From NCBI RefSeq assembly GCF_009914755.1, contig NC_060926.1: 64,000 nucleotides of DNA; one strand, written 5' to 3'. Under the pieces are notes generated by a model. That model had not been told where the DNA came from, did no database searches, and saw only the letters and a program-made list of their open reading frames with translations. Position numbers and translations under genes: made by a program. Origin of the DNA: the human T2T-CHM13v2.0 reference genome, Homo sapiens. This document shows, piece by piece, positions 51,505 through 64,000 of the stretch; position 1 is the stretch's first letter, and each line of letters opens with the position of its first letter.

Positions 51505-52180
51505 AGAGCTGGATCCATATTTCTAGCTGCCAATTAAACACTGCCACTTGATTATCACAGAGGCATCACAAACTAAAATTTTGCAAATCTGAACTTACTA
51601 CCTTCCCTAATAATCAGATGCCTATTCTTTTAATCTCTGCTCCCATTAAAAATATTACTCTCCAACCACTTTCCCCAACAAGAAGCCTTAATCATCCTGC
51701 ACCCCTCTTTTGAATATCTAACCTCAACTTCTGGCTTTACCATAGCCAGGGTTATGGTATATATAAAACAAGACAGAGACTTAAAGCACCTAGAGTAGTG
51801 CCTGGACAGTGTGTATTTCAATAAATGTTATTACGTTGCTGCAAAAGTAATTGCGGAATAGTTCAACCTTTTCCTCTTTAGCCACACTGAGCTACTTGTT
51901 ACTTGCTCTCTGAAATTCACATCGCTTTGCACATACTGTTTTATCTGCCTAATGACTTTTCCTGATTGACCTTCTAGGTAACTGTTCCAGAAGACCCAAC
52001 CCAAACACTATCTTCTCTGTTATACCTTCTAAGATCTCACCATATAACTCCATTATGGCACTTAAACTTGATTGAATTATAGCTGTTTATCTGTGTTTCT
52101 ACCCATTAGACTAAGCGAAACAGATTGCACTTTGTGAGAGCCCCAGCCACATTCATCTCTGTGTCACAGGTATTTCTCCA
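51505..52180 (+). mobile_element. L2 remnants with a MIR tail and a MADE1 TIR fragment (51829-51857)
   Basis: catatttctagctgcc...aggcatcacaaactaa L2; aaagcacctagagtagtgcctggaca...caataaatgtta MIR; ttacgttgctgcaaaagtaattgcgg MADE1. Confidence 0.5.
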
Positions 52181-52499
52181 AACTACTTTAGCCTGAGGCT
52201 ATATGACAGGATTTCATAATCACATATCTGAAATTGTTGCTAGACTTCCCTGTGACTTCAGGCTTTATCCAAGGCCCCTTTCCTAGTTTTAGTGTATGTG
52301 CGTGATCTCAAAAACAGCTCATGACATGCAGCCAGTCTCTATTTTATATTTGAGTTCTTGGCCCACCCACCTACTGAGGTACTGCCCAACCACGCCAAAT
52401 GATGTTGCATTTTTAGTGCTGGTGACGCTGCCCAAGATGCCACATCCATCCTTCTGCTAGCAGCACCAGTGCTACTTCTCCACCACCATCTCACTGAAG

Positions 52500-52890
52500 C
52501 AGATATCTATTGTCTTTGTCCAGAACCTTAGCCACTCTTCTGGTAACAGAAACCCTTTTTCCAGCTCAGAATCCACTCCCTGTGGCCACCTAGATTTGCT
52601 AAACAGAATTCTCTATTCTCATTTCATCCTCAAGAAGTGATTCAGGAATGAGTATGTGAACCATGCCAAGCCCTCACTAAGACTATTCTAAACAAAACAG
52701 CTATGAGCCTGAGGCTGGCAACCATCTTACCTGCCACATGGAAACAGCATGCTTGCAAAATGAAGTTACACAGACCAGCAAGGCCTGGAGAATGAGCTCT
52801 AGCCCCTGAAATCTGACATATGAGACAATTCATTTTTTTGTGGTTTAGAGTAGGATTTCCATCACTTGTCACTAAAGAATTCCAATACCT
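52500..52890 (+). mobile_element. Old MLT1 (K/L-like) LTR
   Basis: tggtaacagaaaccc, gagcctgaggctggcaaccatctt, ttagagtaggatttccatcacttgtcactaaagaa. Confidence 0.45.
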
Positions 52891-53174
52891 TCTATTACCA
52901 TTTTAGCATAAAACACAGACTGCTTGTCACTTGAGGAAGTAGCATCCATGCATTGCCAGGACTGAGCCCCAGAATGCTTCAACCCTCTCCTTTCATGGCC
53001 AGATGTGTCATTTCCCTTTTCTTTCTTCTGACCAGTGTGAATCCAATCTACAAACCTGTGAGCCTTAGCTCTCTGTCATCCACTACAGGCTGCTGCTCTA
53101 CAGTTGCTATTTTGTTTCAGTTTTTAAAGGATGAATGTGGAGTTCAATCCTCTTTCTTAATCCTTTTTCAGAGG

Positions 53175-53465
53175 CCAGGGGTTGGATAACTTTTTCTGTA
53201 AAGGGCAAGATAATAAATATGTTATACTTTGCTGGCCCCAACTACCTGTGTCACTACTACTCAACTCTACCAATGTGGACAGAGACAATACAATAAATGA
53301 GCATTATTGTGTTCTGAAACAACCTTATATATGGACACCAAAATTTGAATTTCATAAAATTTTCATGTGTCACAAAATTTTTATTATTATTTTTTCTAAT
53401 TATTTAAAAATGCAAAACATTCTTAACTTGCGAGTCATATAGAGACTATAGGTTGGCCACTCCTG
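53175..53465. mobile_element. MER58B hAT-Charlie MITE
   Basis: caggggttgg..aactttttctgtaaaggg..agataataaatat...aaatttgaatttcata.aattttcatgtgtcac. Confidence 0.8.
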
Positions 53466-53576
53466 CTATAGGTCCAAGAGTTCTCCCCCTGTCTCCCAAA
53501 ACCATTTTCTCTTCCCTCATGCCTAGCCAACTCTCTTCACCATATTTCAGTCAACAAATTGAAACTATTTGAACCT

Positions 53577-53991
53577 TGTGTTAGTCCATTTGCATTGCTA
53601 TAAAGGAATACGTGGGGCTAGGTAATCTATAAATAAAAGAGTTTTATTTGGCTCATGGTTCTACACGCTGTACAAGCATGGCACCAGCATCTGTAGGCTT
53701 CTGGTGAAGTCTCAGGAAGCTTACAGTCATGGCGGAAGACAAAGGGAAACTAGTATATGACATGGTAACAGGGAGTAAGAAAGAGAGGAAGGTGGTGCCA
53801 GGCTCTTTTAAACAACCAGATCTCATATAATCTTACAGAGTGAGAACTCACTCATGACAGTGAGGACAGCACGAAGCCATTCATGAGGGATCTGCCCCCA
53901 TGACCCAAACACCTCCCATCAGGCCCACCTCCAACATTGGAGGTCACATTTTAACATGAGATTTGGAGTTCAAATCACCCAAACCATACCA
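53577..53991 (-). mobile_element. MSTB MaLR solo LTR
   Basis: tgtgttagtccatttgcattgctataaaggaatac...cattcatgagggatctgcccccatgacccaaacacctccca...; exact 5-bp TSD AACCT (53572-53576, 53992-53996). Confidence 0.9.
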
Positions 53992-55216
53992 AACCTATTC
54001 CCAAATCTGTCTCTCAAATGTATAGCTCATGTCTGTCATCTAGGAAAACATTCAACCCAGGTTTGTTAAATGACTTGATGAATAAGAACCAGTGGAAGAA
54101 GTAACAAAATTAGAAAGAGAAGAGAGAGAAAAAATTCATGATTTTTTTCTTAAGTAATCCTATGGATTCCCAATGTCAAGTTCTTTTTTTCTGCATAATT
54201 TCATCAGAAGGTGAAAAGGCCATGCAGAACAATAATTCTGGAGGGCACCCAAAGCTGTTGACTCAGTCAGGGAAAAGGTTTTTATGTTCAACCAAGAGAA
54301 ACAGCCAGACAAGGATAGACGTTTGGCCAGCTGGACCCCTGTACTTTGAATGTGAACTCTGAAAGTTCACTCTGGAGAAGAAGAGAAAAGTTCTACACTG
54401 GCAACATATCCATGGTTGAGTGAAGCCAAACACGAGGCTGAAAAAAGACTAATTTATCATTTTCAATTAATCTAAAGTTTTCTCATAGTCAAACATTATC
54501 ATAATTACCAAATCAATTTCCCTATGGAGTTTAGGCATTCATGTAGGAAATGAAGTAATTTCTCATATTTAAGTTTAAATATCTTGTGTTTAAATGTAAT
54601 AAAGATAAAATGATAATGTTATTGCTAAGAAAGAAAAAAATCCATGGATTCCATCCCAAGCCTCATTGTTCCCAGCTGCCCCTGTGAACATGCCACATCT
54701 ACTAGAAGTCCTATCACAGGCACAAATATGTGACTGTAGATACGAGCAAACCTCTGAGGGTATCTGGTTTGTTAAGCAACGACAGCTCCAAGAACCTGGA
54801 AAACCACATCTGGCACCCAAGTGTAAGAGTCTTGGTACTGGCAATAGTAACAAAGGTGGAAAAATTTCTATTTTCAGTTTTCGTGAAAGAAAAAGTCAGA
54901 GGCTCCCATGCAGATGGCTTTGGGCATTCTCTTACTCTCGCCAAATCATGATCCCTCCCCGGCTCTCCCTCTTTTCTTGTCTCCTTTCTCTCTTACTTCC
55001 TGATTCTTTCCCCTTCAAAGATGAAAATGAATCACAAGCACTTCTTTATATTACCGTATAACCAAATTGAAAGGATTCAGAAACTTTTCTTCCAAATGCA
55101 ACAAGCAAACATCCAAGTATCTTCAAGTAAAACTTCTAGCTCAGGTGTTCACTGTTGCATGTTCACTTATCTCTACTATGTGCCAGGAAGGAATTGTTCT
55201 TGGTGCTTGGAAAGTT

Positions 55217-55829
55217 TTGTAGAAAGAATGTGAGGCCATGACCTGCTCTTCCTGATGTTACTCCTGTGCACATGTTATATGACATGGCAAAAGGGACTTT
55301 GCAGATGCAATTAAGGTCACTAGTCAATTGACCTTAAAACAGGGAGATTATTTTATATTATTCAGGTGGACTCAATGTAATCACATGAGCCCTGAAAAAC
55401 AGAAGTTGGGGAAGAATTGGAAGTTGAAAGGTCTCAAAGTTTAAGAAGGATTCAGTGTAGCATTGCAGTCTAGAAGATGGAGGAGCCCCTTGTGAGAAGG
55501 AATGCAGGAGCCTTTGGAGAGCTGAGAGAGAGGATTCTGTCTGACAGCCAGCAAGGAACAGAGACCTCAGCCCTACAACTGCAAGGAGGGAGGAACTGAA
55601 TTCTATCAACATGTGATGAGCTTAGAAGTGGATTCTTCCCTAGGGTCTTCAAATAAGAGCCCAGCCTAGCTAAAACCTTGATGTCAACCTTGTCAGAACC
55701 TATGCAGAAACCCCCACTGAACCATGTCTGACTTCTGACCCATGGAGAACTGTGAACCAATAAGTGTGTGCTGTTTTAAGCTACTAAATTTGTTGATAAT
55801 TTGCTATTCAGCAATAGAGAACTAACATA
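55217..55829 (+). mobile_element. MLT1E-like MaLR solo LTR
   Basis: atggcaaaagggactttgcagatg.aattaagg...gacagccagcaaggaa...tgttttaagctactaaattt...cagcaataga.aactaac. Confidence 0.8.
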
Positions 55830-55932
55830 GGGGGCATCAGGGAATAAAATGGAGAGAGATCTCTAACTGCATATAGCTTATATTCCATCAAGTAAAGATG
55901 GATAGTGAACAATAATTGTGTTAAAAATTATA

Positions 55933-56543
<611 letters not shown>

Positions 56544-56544
56544 A

Positions 56545-57550
56545 CATGATATAGTATGTTAGAAGTTGATGAGTGCTATGAAAGAAGGAAACTTCAACAG
56601 CAATATAGATAAGTGGAAATGCAGGGAAAACTAAAATGTAGAGGAAGTTTGAAAAATGTCAAAAAGAGGAAATCAGAATGCCATTTTGGTTGGCATGATG
56701 CAGATCGTCATGGGTTAAATAGGTGCTCAGGGCCTTGTTGAGAAAGTGGTACTTGAATGAAGAACTGCAGGAGCTAAGAAACTGAGTGAAACAAATCCCT
56801 GGAGTAAGAACATGACAGGCAGAACAAATAGTATGTGTGAATGTCTTAAACTAGACCAGAATGCTGGTCAGGCTGGTCAGGCTCTAGGAAGATCCAGAGA
56901 CTGTGATCTGAAGCAGGCTAGTCAAGGGAAGAGCAGAAGGAGAGGGATAGAAGGCCAAGGGCTAAATTATGTGGGCCTTGTAGGCAACTCCAAATCTTTG
57001 ATTTTTACTTTAAAAGAAATGGAGGGGCCATTGCAAGGTTTTGAACAAGAGAGTAACATTGCTTGCCAGGTTATAAAAAGAGTATCAGTAGTCTTAGTGT
57101 ACAAGGGTAAAAACTGAAAACCAGTAGAAGGCTAATGCAATATCCAGGTGGGTGATGATGGCTTGGGCCTGGATGGTAGCAATGAAAATGGTAAGAATTG
57201 GTCTGTATACATATTGGGTATACAGCCAAGAGGATTTCACATTGGATTGAATGTGTGGTTATAAGAGGAAAGAAAATGTAAGAATGATTCCAAGGTTTTT
57301 GGACTGAGCACAAGATGAGTTGCTATCGACTGAGATGATAAAGGTAGAACAAGTTTCATGGGGAAGAATGGTAATTTGTGGGTCATTAAGTTGGAGCTGT
57401 CTATTAGACATCCAAATGGAGATTTTGTATTAAGCAGTTGTATAAATTCAGTCTGCAGCTCATGAGAAAGCTCTGGAGTGAAGAGCTAATTGGGGAGTCA
57501 CCAAAGAGAGATGATATTGAAAGACACTTGGATTAATGAGATTACTAAGG
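56545..57550 (-). mobile_element. L2a remnant (its 3' part continues at about 55160-55216 and 55830-55930)
   Basis: gggccttgtaggc, gccattgcaaggttttgaaca.gagagt, atccagg..gtgatgatggcttggg..tggatggtagca, tgattccaaggtttttgg, ctattagacatccaaatggagat. Confidence 0.8.
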
Positions 57551-57726
57551 CTACAGTTAAAGGAAATGAACCTTGAATAGAACTGATGCATATGCTGGTA
57601 GAGAGGCTTCCACCTGAGAATATTAGTTGAAAGGGTTAGGTAAGCCCAGTGCTGCTGATGGCCTTACTGTCTGCACTTAGAGACAAACTACCTACAAATA
57701 AAACCACCATAGAGGGCAAGAAGGGG

Positions 57727-57791
<65 letters not shown>
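57727..57791. repeat. (GA)n microsatellite inside an old MLT1-like remnant (about 57640-57936)
   Basis: Read directly. Confidence 0.92.
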
Positions 57792-58293
57792 GCGGAGCCC
57801 TGGAGACATTACCTGTGATCCTAGATCTAGCTATGTCTAAATGAAATCTCCCTTTCTCTCTCTTTTTAAAAATTTTTTAATATGAGTTTGAGTTGGTGTT
57901 CAGTCATGTGCATCCAAAAAAGTTCTCACTAATATACATTTATGAGCATTTGGGCAAATGGATACTTTTATTAAATATTGTTTATCTGAGTAATACCCAA
58001 ATTATATGCAAGGGCATGTAACAATTAAGAGTGCAGTTTCAATAAATTAATATAATTTTTATGTCAATCTTTTTTGTACATTTTTTATTTATTCAGAAGA
58101 CATTTATTGATAGTGAAACCAAAACGTACTACTATGTATTGACTTTCTGATAAGATGTAATGTTCATGTTATATTCATATATTAAGCTACCTAATCCTCA
58201 CAGAGACTCAAATTCTGTTTGTCCAGGGTCCCACAGCTAATTAATAAGTTGAAGGGGTTGGCATTTAAACCCAAGTATCCCTGACTTCCTTCC

Positions 58294-58794
58294 TGTACTA
58301 GTCAGGGTTCTCCACAGAAACCGATCCAATAGAATATGTGTAGATATACAGAAAAAGATTTATTATGAGGAATTTGCTCAAGCAATTATGGAGCCTGAGA
58401 AATTCCACAATATGCCTTACACAAGCTGGAGACCCAGGAAAGCCAGTGGTGTAGTTCCTGTCCAGACTCAAAGACCTGAGAACCAGGAGAGCCAATGATG
58501 TAAGCCCCAGTACAAAGGCCCAAGAATCAGAAGTGCCAATGTCTGAAGGCAGAAGAGAACAGAAGTTGGATTTCCCAGCTCAAAGAGAGCAAATTCGCCC
58601 TTTCTCTGCCTTTCTGTTCTATGGAGGTTCTCAACAGATTAGATAATGCCCCACATTGGGGAGAGCCATCTGTACTAAGTATACTGATTCAAATGCTAAT
58701 CTCTTCCAGAAACACCCCCACAGACACACCCATGATTATACTATCGGAGCGTCCCTTAGACCAGTAAAGTTGACACATAAAATTAACCATCACA
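58294..58794 (-). mobile_element. MLT2B-like ERVL solo LTR inserted at the end of a MIR
   Basis: tgtactagtcagggttctcca.agaaac...caagctggagacccaggaaagcc...aagttgacacataaaattaaccatcaca; TSD cttcc/ctttc. Confidence 0.85.
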
Positions 58795-59439
58795 CTTTCC
58801 TGTATCACCTTTCTACTAGGTCCCTTTCTACCTAACGGAAAGTACTATGAGAAAGGAAGCTAAAGAAATGTAAATGAGGAAGTGTTTGATCACAAGGTGA
58901 ATAGAAGGGAAAATATACATCAATGAATATCCTCTAAAAGAGTAACTATTCAGTGCCATATCAGTGTATGAATGAAGATATTAAGAAGAGGGCCAACTGG
59001 GAAAGGTTTTAGGAAGGGGGTACCACTAAACAGGATTTCAGCAAGAAATGGAGCAAGGTGAACAGTTTGGATGGAAAAGGTAGCACAGAAGCACAAAGAC
59101 TGTTCAATTAAATATAGTATGGAGACTCAGAGAGCAGTTGGCAGAACTATAATCCGGTGTGCTCAAAGATGGCATTTCCTCAACTATATTTGAATGCATC
59201 CTCAAAATATTCTTTCATATCCATGGGCCACCTGTACTACCATTTCAATAACAGGGTATTTGAAAACAACTTTGAATCAACTCACTTATTTTGTTAAATT
59301 AAGAAATAGTGTCTATAAAATCGCATTTGCCGTACTATATTTTAAAATATGTATTACAATAAATACATAATTACTAAAATTTTTGAAAGTCAGCTTAACC
59401 ATCACCTGAAATAATCTCACATACTAGTTTACTGGGAAG

Positions 59440-59590
59440 CAGAAGGACTTCAGAGCAAGGCTCACCTGGTTTCTATCCCAGCTCTGCCCTGTAATTTTGA
59501 CCTTGGTTACTAAACCTCTCCAAGACTTCATTTGCTTATTGGAGTGTTGAGAAGGTTAAAAAGAAATAATGTACATGTGACTCACAATAA
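59440..59590 (+). mobile_element. MIR
   Basis: acctggtttctatcccagctctgcc...tgaccttgg.ttactaaacctctc. Confidence 0.5.
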
Positions 59591-61539
59591 AATGATTTGT
59601 TGTTTGTACCACCATTCCTACCGCCCGTCCCCACCTAGCATGGATGCTGAGGCAGATGCTCTGTTTTGCTGAACTAGAAAATGAAGTGAGAATACAATGG
59701 AGAAAAGACAAGAAAGTTCTCTAAATAAGAATAAGAAAGGATGAAGCAGTGCGTTGGAAGAGGAATTTTGGGAGAAGAGCGGAGATGCTTCAAGCGCTTG
59801 TGGAGGCAGTTTAACTATGTGGATCCAATAGAACTTGACACTATCTTCATGAAACAAAGCTTCAGTTAAATCATTCTTATTTATCAATATTTTAAGAGGC
59901 AGGTTATGTTGTAATGGAAACACAAGAATGCACTGAAACTGACCCAAGAATAAGAACAGACTCCTGGAGGCTGCTGGTGGTGTTTTAAAGGAGATCTACA
60001 TGAGAAGGAGACAAATGCATTGACAGGAGTAATCCAGTTGGCTACAAAGGCCGTATCTGTGGAGGCACAGAGGAGTCTTAAATCTGTTAGTCCAGGTGGT
60101 GGCAATGGGGTCTTAGCTACAGAGGAAAGAAGAGATAAAAATGGGAAAAAAATAATGTGAAAGCAAGTGAGAATACCAATTTGTTGCCAAGTTTTGTCCT
60201 GCTGATTACATTACTGCAGAAATAGAGACAAAAAAATAAAAATAAAGAAAAAAAGAAAAGAATAACAATACTTTCATGAGAGTCATGAACAGTATTGACC
60301 AAACAATCTACAAACTGAGTTTCTGTACTTTCTTTAAGAGCCTATTTTATCAGATGGTTGAAAAGTTTAAACCAACCCCGTAAGACCTCCCATTCCCCTC
60401 CTTTGAACTGTTATTGATCTAGATTTCCCACTGGTGATGTGAAGGTGCCTAAGGGTCAAGTGAAAAACAAGAACTAAAAATAATGCACACCAGCTTCCTC
60501 CTCTTCCAACTATGCCCATGCCTGGGGGTGTATCCAGTGCTGTTTTTAGGATTATTCTTGGAAAAGCAGGTCAATTTAAGACACTTTGGAACCTCAGGGC
60601 TCCATTTGGCTTTCCTGTATTAATAACCCAGCTGTAGTTAATTATGTTAATAGAAATCTAGCAAAATGTGTTGGCAAACTTTGGAAAATTGTCTCTAAAA
60701 CCTTGGCGATTAATAATGAATGCTGTGCTTGGCCAGTTCCTTTGACACAGAGTGACTCACTGTGGATAATGATAAAATGAAATGTATCACATTGGAACAC
60801 AAAATGATAAATGCAAGTCTAATTAAATTATTGTAAGTGATAGCTGGACCTAACTAAGCCATCTGACTCATGGACACTAATGGGTGACATGGTATCCAAC
60901 ATCGCTAGTTATCAAATGTTTACTAGTTCTGCTATTGGAGCCAGTACCAGTGGGGATTCACCAGAAACAGGGTAATGTGCAGTCAAGGGAGGAAAGGAGT
61001 TCCTTAGTCATGCCTTTCAATATTCTCAGGAATGCATTTAGCATTCAGCAGTTTTCTAGCTGTACACTTGCAGAGTCAAGTGGAGAGATTTTCATATATT
61101 CTGAGCATTTGTAAGTATTCAACTTTCAGATTTGAAATGTCTACATTTCTCAGACTTTTTATGAATTCACCTCACAGAGGCCAAGGAACTGGCATTACTC
61201 AGAAATGTTAGCTTGAGTTTTTTGGAACTTGATTGAATTTAATTTACTGATTGTATATTCACATTTCCTATGAAGAAAGGAAAGTGAGCATAAAAAAAAA
61301 ATCTCACATTCACTCAAAGTCAGATACCACATACTGAAATTCAGGAACTCAAGTAAATGCCTTAAAGCAATGCACTTCAATAATTAGTGATGATTCCTCC
61401 AGTTTCATGACATAAAATGGATATTTATGTAATAATGCCTGATATTGGATACATAGTGACAAAAACAGAGATATGAATTCAGAGCAAGCCTGTGAAGCTT
61501 CCAGTGGGATCTAGAAAAATTCGTGAAAAAGAAAAGCAC

Positions 61540-61757
61540 TGTGTTGAGTGCTTACTCCGTCTCCTACCCTGTGCCATCCCCCTCATCATGTGCTATTGGT
61601 TAATTGTTACAACACTGCCAGAAGGTATTTTTATTCCCTTTTTCAGAAGAGAAAAAGCTGAGGTTCAAAAAAATTAAATAACTCCCAAGGAGTTAATTAT
61701 TAGACTGCGGCAAAGCCAGGATTCAAGCTCAAATCTGTCTCCAAAACTCATATTCAT
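61540..61757 (-). mobile_element. MIR
   Basis: ttgagtgcttact...tattccctttttcagaagag.aaa.ctgaggttca...aagccaggattcaa. Confidence 0.65.
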
Positions 61758-64000
61758 TGTATAATTCCCAGAAGAAGAAAAAAGCAAATCTCACATTGAA
61801 TAAACAAGATGAATCAAGTTTGGGGACAAAAATAATACAGTAAACAAACACTTTATTATTAAATACATTTTAATTTACTTGAAACATCTTTTTACTAAGT
61901 GCTGCTTCTTCCAATATGCATTTTTAACTACTTCATTTTAAATGCACAATTAGATATTCAGACCACCAGCAAGCAAAGAATGACATCTTATGGATATGAT
62001 ATCTAGCACAATTGATGCTTATGATATATCACAGAATGACATAATCCAGTCTAGAACATCTTTGTCTTGATTTTGGTTTTTTAAATGTGAAGCTTAATCT
62101 TTCTTAACCTCAGGTTTTATTTAAAGGATAATTATCCTTTGATAATGTTCTGCTCCATGCTAAGTAGCATTTCTTTTCAATGTCCATTCATAAAGAAGCC
62201 TAAGAGCAGAATAACTCTGTGGAGGAGATAAATAACATTTCTCCTTTTGGAGAAGGCAAGTAATAGCCCAGGTAGAATCTGTGGAAACCGTTCTTGTTAT
62301 TTCTAACTGCAAACCTGGTTTATTACATACTGGGGGAGGACAAATGCTAAAAGACATGAGGAACAGGTAAAGCTTTTTAGGTTCATTATTTACTATGGGC
62401 TCTTAAAGAAACGTGCAGTTCACGAGGGCTTATTGGAGCCAGTTTCAGAATTCTGAACGAAGCTTTACCAACAGCTTTCTAATTGAATCTCAAAAGACTA
62501 TAATTGTGTTCCACTCTGTAGTCAGCTTCCATTCCATGAGGCTACAGTCGGTTGTAGGTAATCAGATTACTCATGGGTTACTGCCTGCAGCCTGCAGGAG
62601 AGTGCCAAGAGTAAGAAGGCAACGTGTTGTAGGGTTAATGAAGCTTAATATGGTGCCAATATCACACTGAGCCATTGCCTACAGAGTGAGAAAGGATTAT
62701 ATCCCATGTTAATATGCCATTTGACCCGTGCCAGAGAAGCAGTCTAAATCACTGAATAAGTATGTAAGTCACCACAGAGAAGTGTTTGCAATGCCAGCTC
62801 TCATTGCTGTGAAAACAAGTTGTTCCCTAGCTTGTGAATTTTAACTTTGGTGCTCTTTAAAGTACAGTTTCAACATTGGCTCCTAACATCCCTGGAAAGG
62901 CCATAAGGGCATACGATTCTCTTAGCTGGAGCCAGTGCAAGGAAACTCACATGCTTTTCTTCAATTTGATCTAAACTTATCTGGAGAATACATCTAAGGT
63001 CAATGTACAGCAATTTCCCAACATCCATCAATGATTTTGATTCTTTGAATTTGCCTTTAACAGATATTTAGGGCATCTTGAGCCTTGGAATTCTTACTAC
63101 TAATTAAGTTTTTGGCCAAATGAAGTCCCAAATTATGCCTCCGCAAAAAGTGAAGAAGACTCAAAGAATTGGTAGAGAAAACAGAAAAGCTCATCTGACA
63201 TGCACTGCAAAACTCAGCCTCCTAATAATGAGAGGAGAAGCACGCTGCAGCATTTCCTTGAATAATGAGACCAATATTCCGAAGTCTTCTTTTCCCTTAC
63301 TTGACATTTTAGGATGAAGAAGAAGGGACTCTCAATGGTATTATGAACGTACTGGGAAACAATTCTATCAGCAAACCTTGATTGTGTTCTTATATTTATA
63401 AGCATTTATGGTAAAAATCTATTCCACACATCAGAAAATTCTATAAATTTCTATAAAATTCTATAAAATTTCTACATGTAAAATTAGGTCATTTAAACAT
63501 TTTCTACATTATGTCAATCACTAGATTATAGAAGCAAGAGATTAATACAAGGTAAGCAGACACTAGGGGATAGATGTACTATTTTGTGAATATTTTCTTA
63601 CTGCTGCTCCCCTTTATTTCTTGTTTAGAACAGAAAATACATGTGCAGGATAGAAATTTCAAAAGATGCAAAAGGGTATGACTTGAAAAGCAAGAACAGT
63701 TTCCATTTTTACTGTGATCAATGGTTTGTGTATCCTTTCAGAAATATTCTATTTGCACACCTGCAAGTATCTGCTTTTTTATCTGTAAGTTTATGTGTGC
63801 CTATATGTATGTATGTGTGTATATATTTATTTATATTTTTGAGGAGTTGACACCTGTTGGGATTTATACATATTAGTTCTTTTTTAAATGAAATAACTTA
63901 CATAAAATAAAAAGCATTAAAAAACCTCAAAAGTACCATTTGATGATGTTTTATATAATATACAGTCATGTAACTAGATTATTTCCAGGTCCCATAAAGT

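Noticed and set aside
54590-55061. Overlapping ORFs on both strands (up to 131 aa)
   Set aside because: Non-ATG starts, no recognisable domain and no exon boundaries; expected by chance

Overview
AT-rich, CpG-poor simian-primate (probably human or great-ape) genomic DNA, intergenic or deep-intronic. I found no credible protein-coding gene, tRNA/rRNA, CpG island or CRISPR array. Every ORF in the track that I can recognise comes from a repeat (Alu, L1 ORF2, THE1-int, microsatellites); the rest look like chance ORFs. The window is a layered transposon record: a complete THE1C MaLR provirus (15312-17646); solo LTRs with intact or near-intact target-site duplications (LTR1, LTR26-type, MLT2A2, MSTB, MLT2B, MLT1E); two multi-kb L1 remnants; about nine AluJ/AluS/FLAM copies; many MIR/L2 relics; Tigger/hAT MITEs; and several STRs. 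Repeat subfamily names come from remembered consensus sequences and need RepeatMasker confirmation. The best leads are: a CTCF site with upstream module (35171-35204); a perfect 19-bp SOX-dimer/AP-1 palindrome next to a p53-family half-site (36593-36623); + strand splice signals including a recursive-splice-like polyY-CAG|GTAAGT (48119); a possible ancient L2-clade endonuclease fossil visible only after removing LTR1; complementary decay of DUX4/TATA/donor signals between the THE1C LTRs; and repeated apparent template-switch palindromes inside old TEs. I could not support a novel protein-based system.
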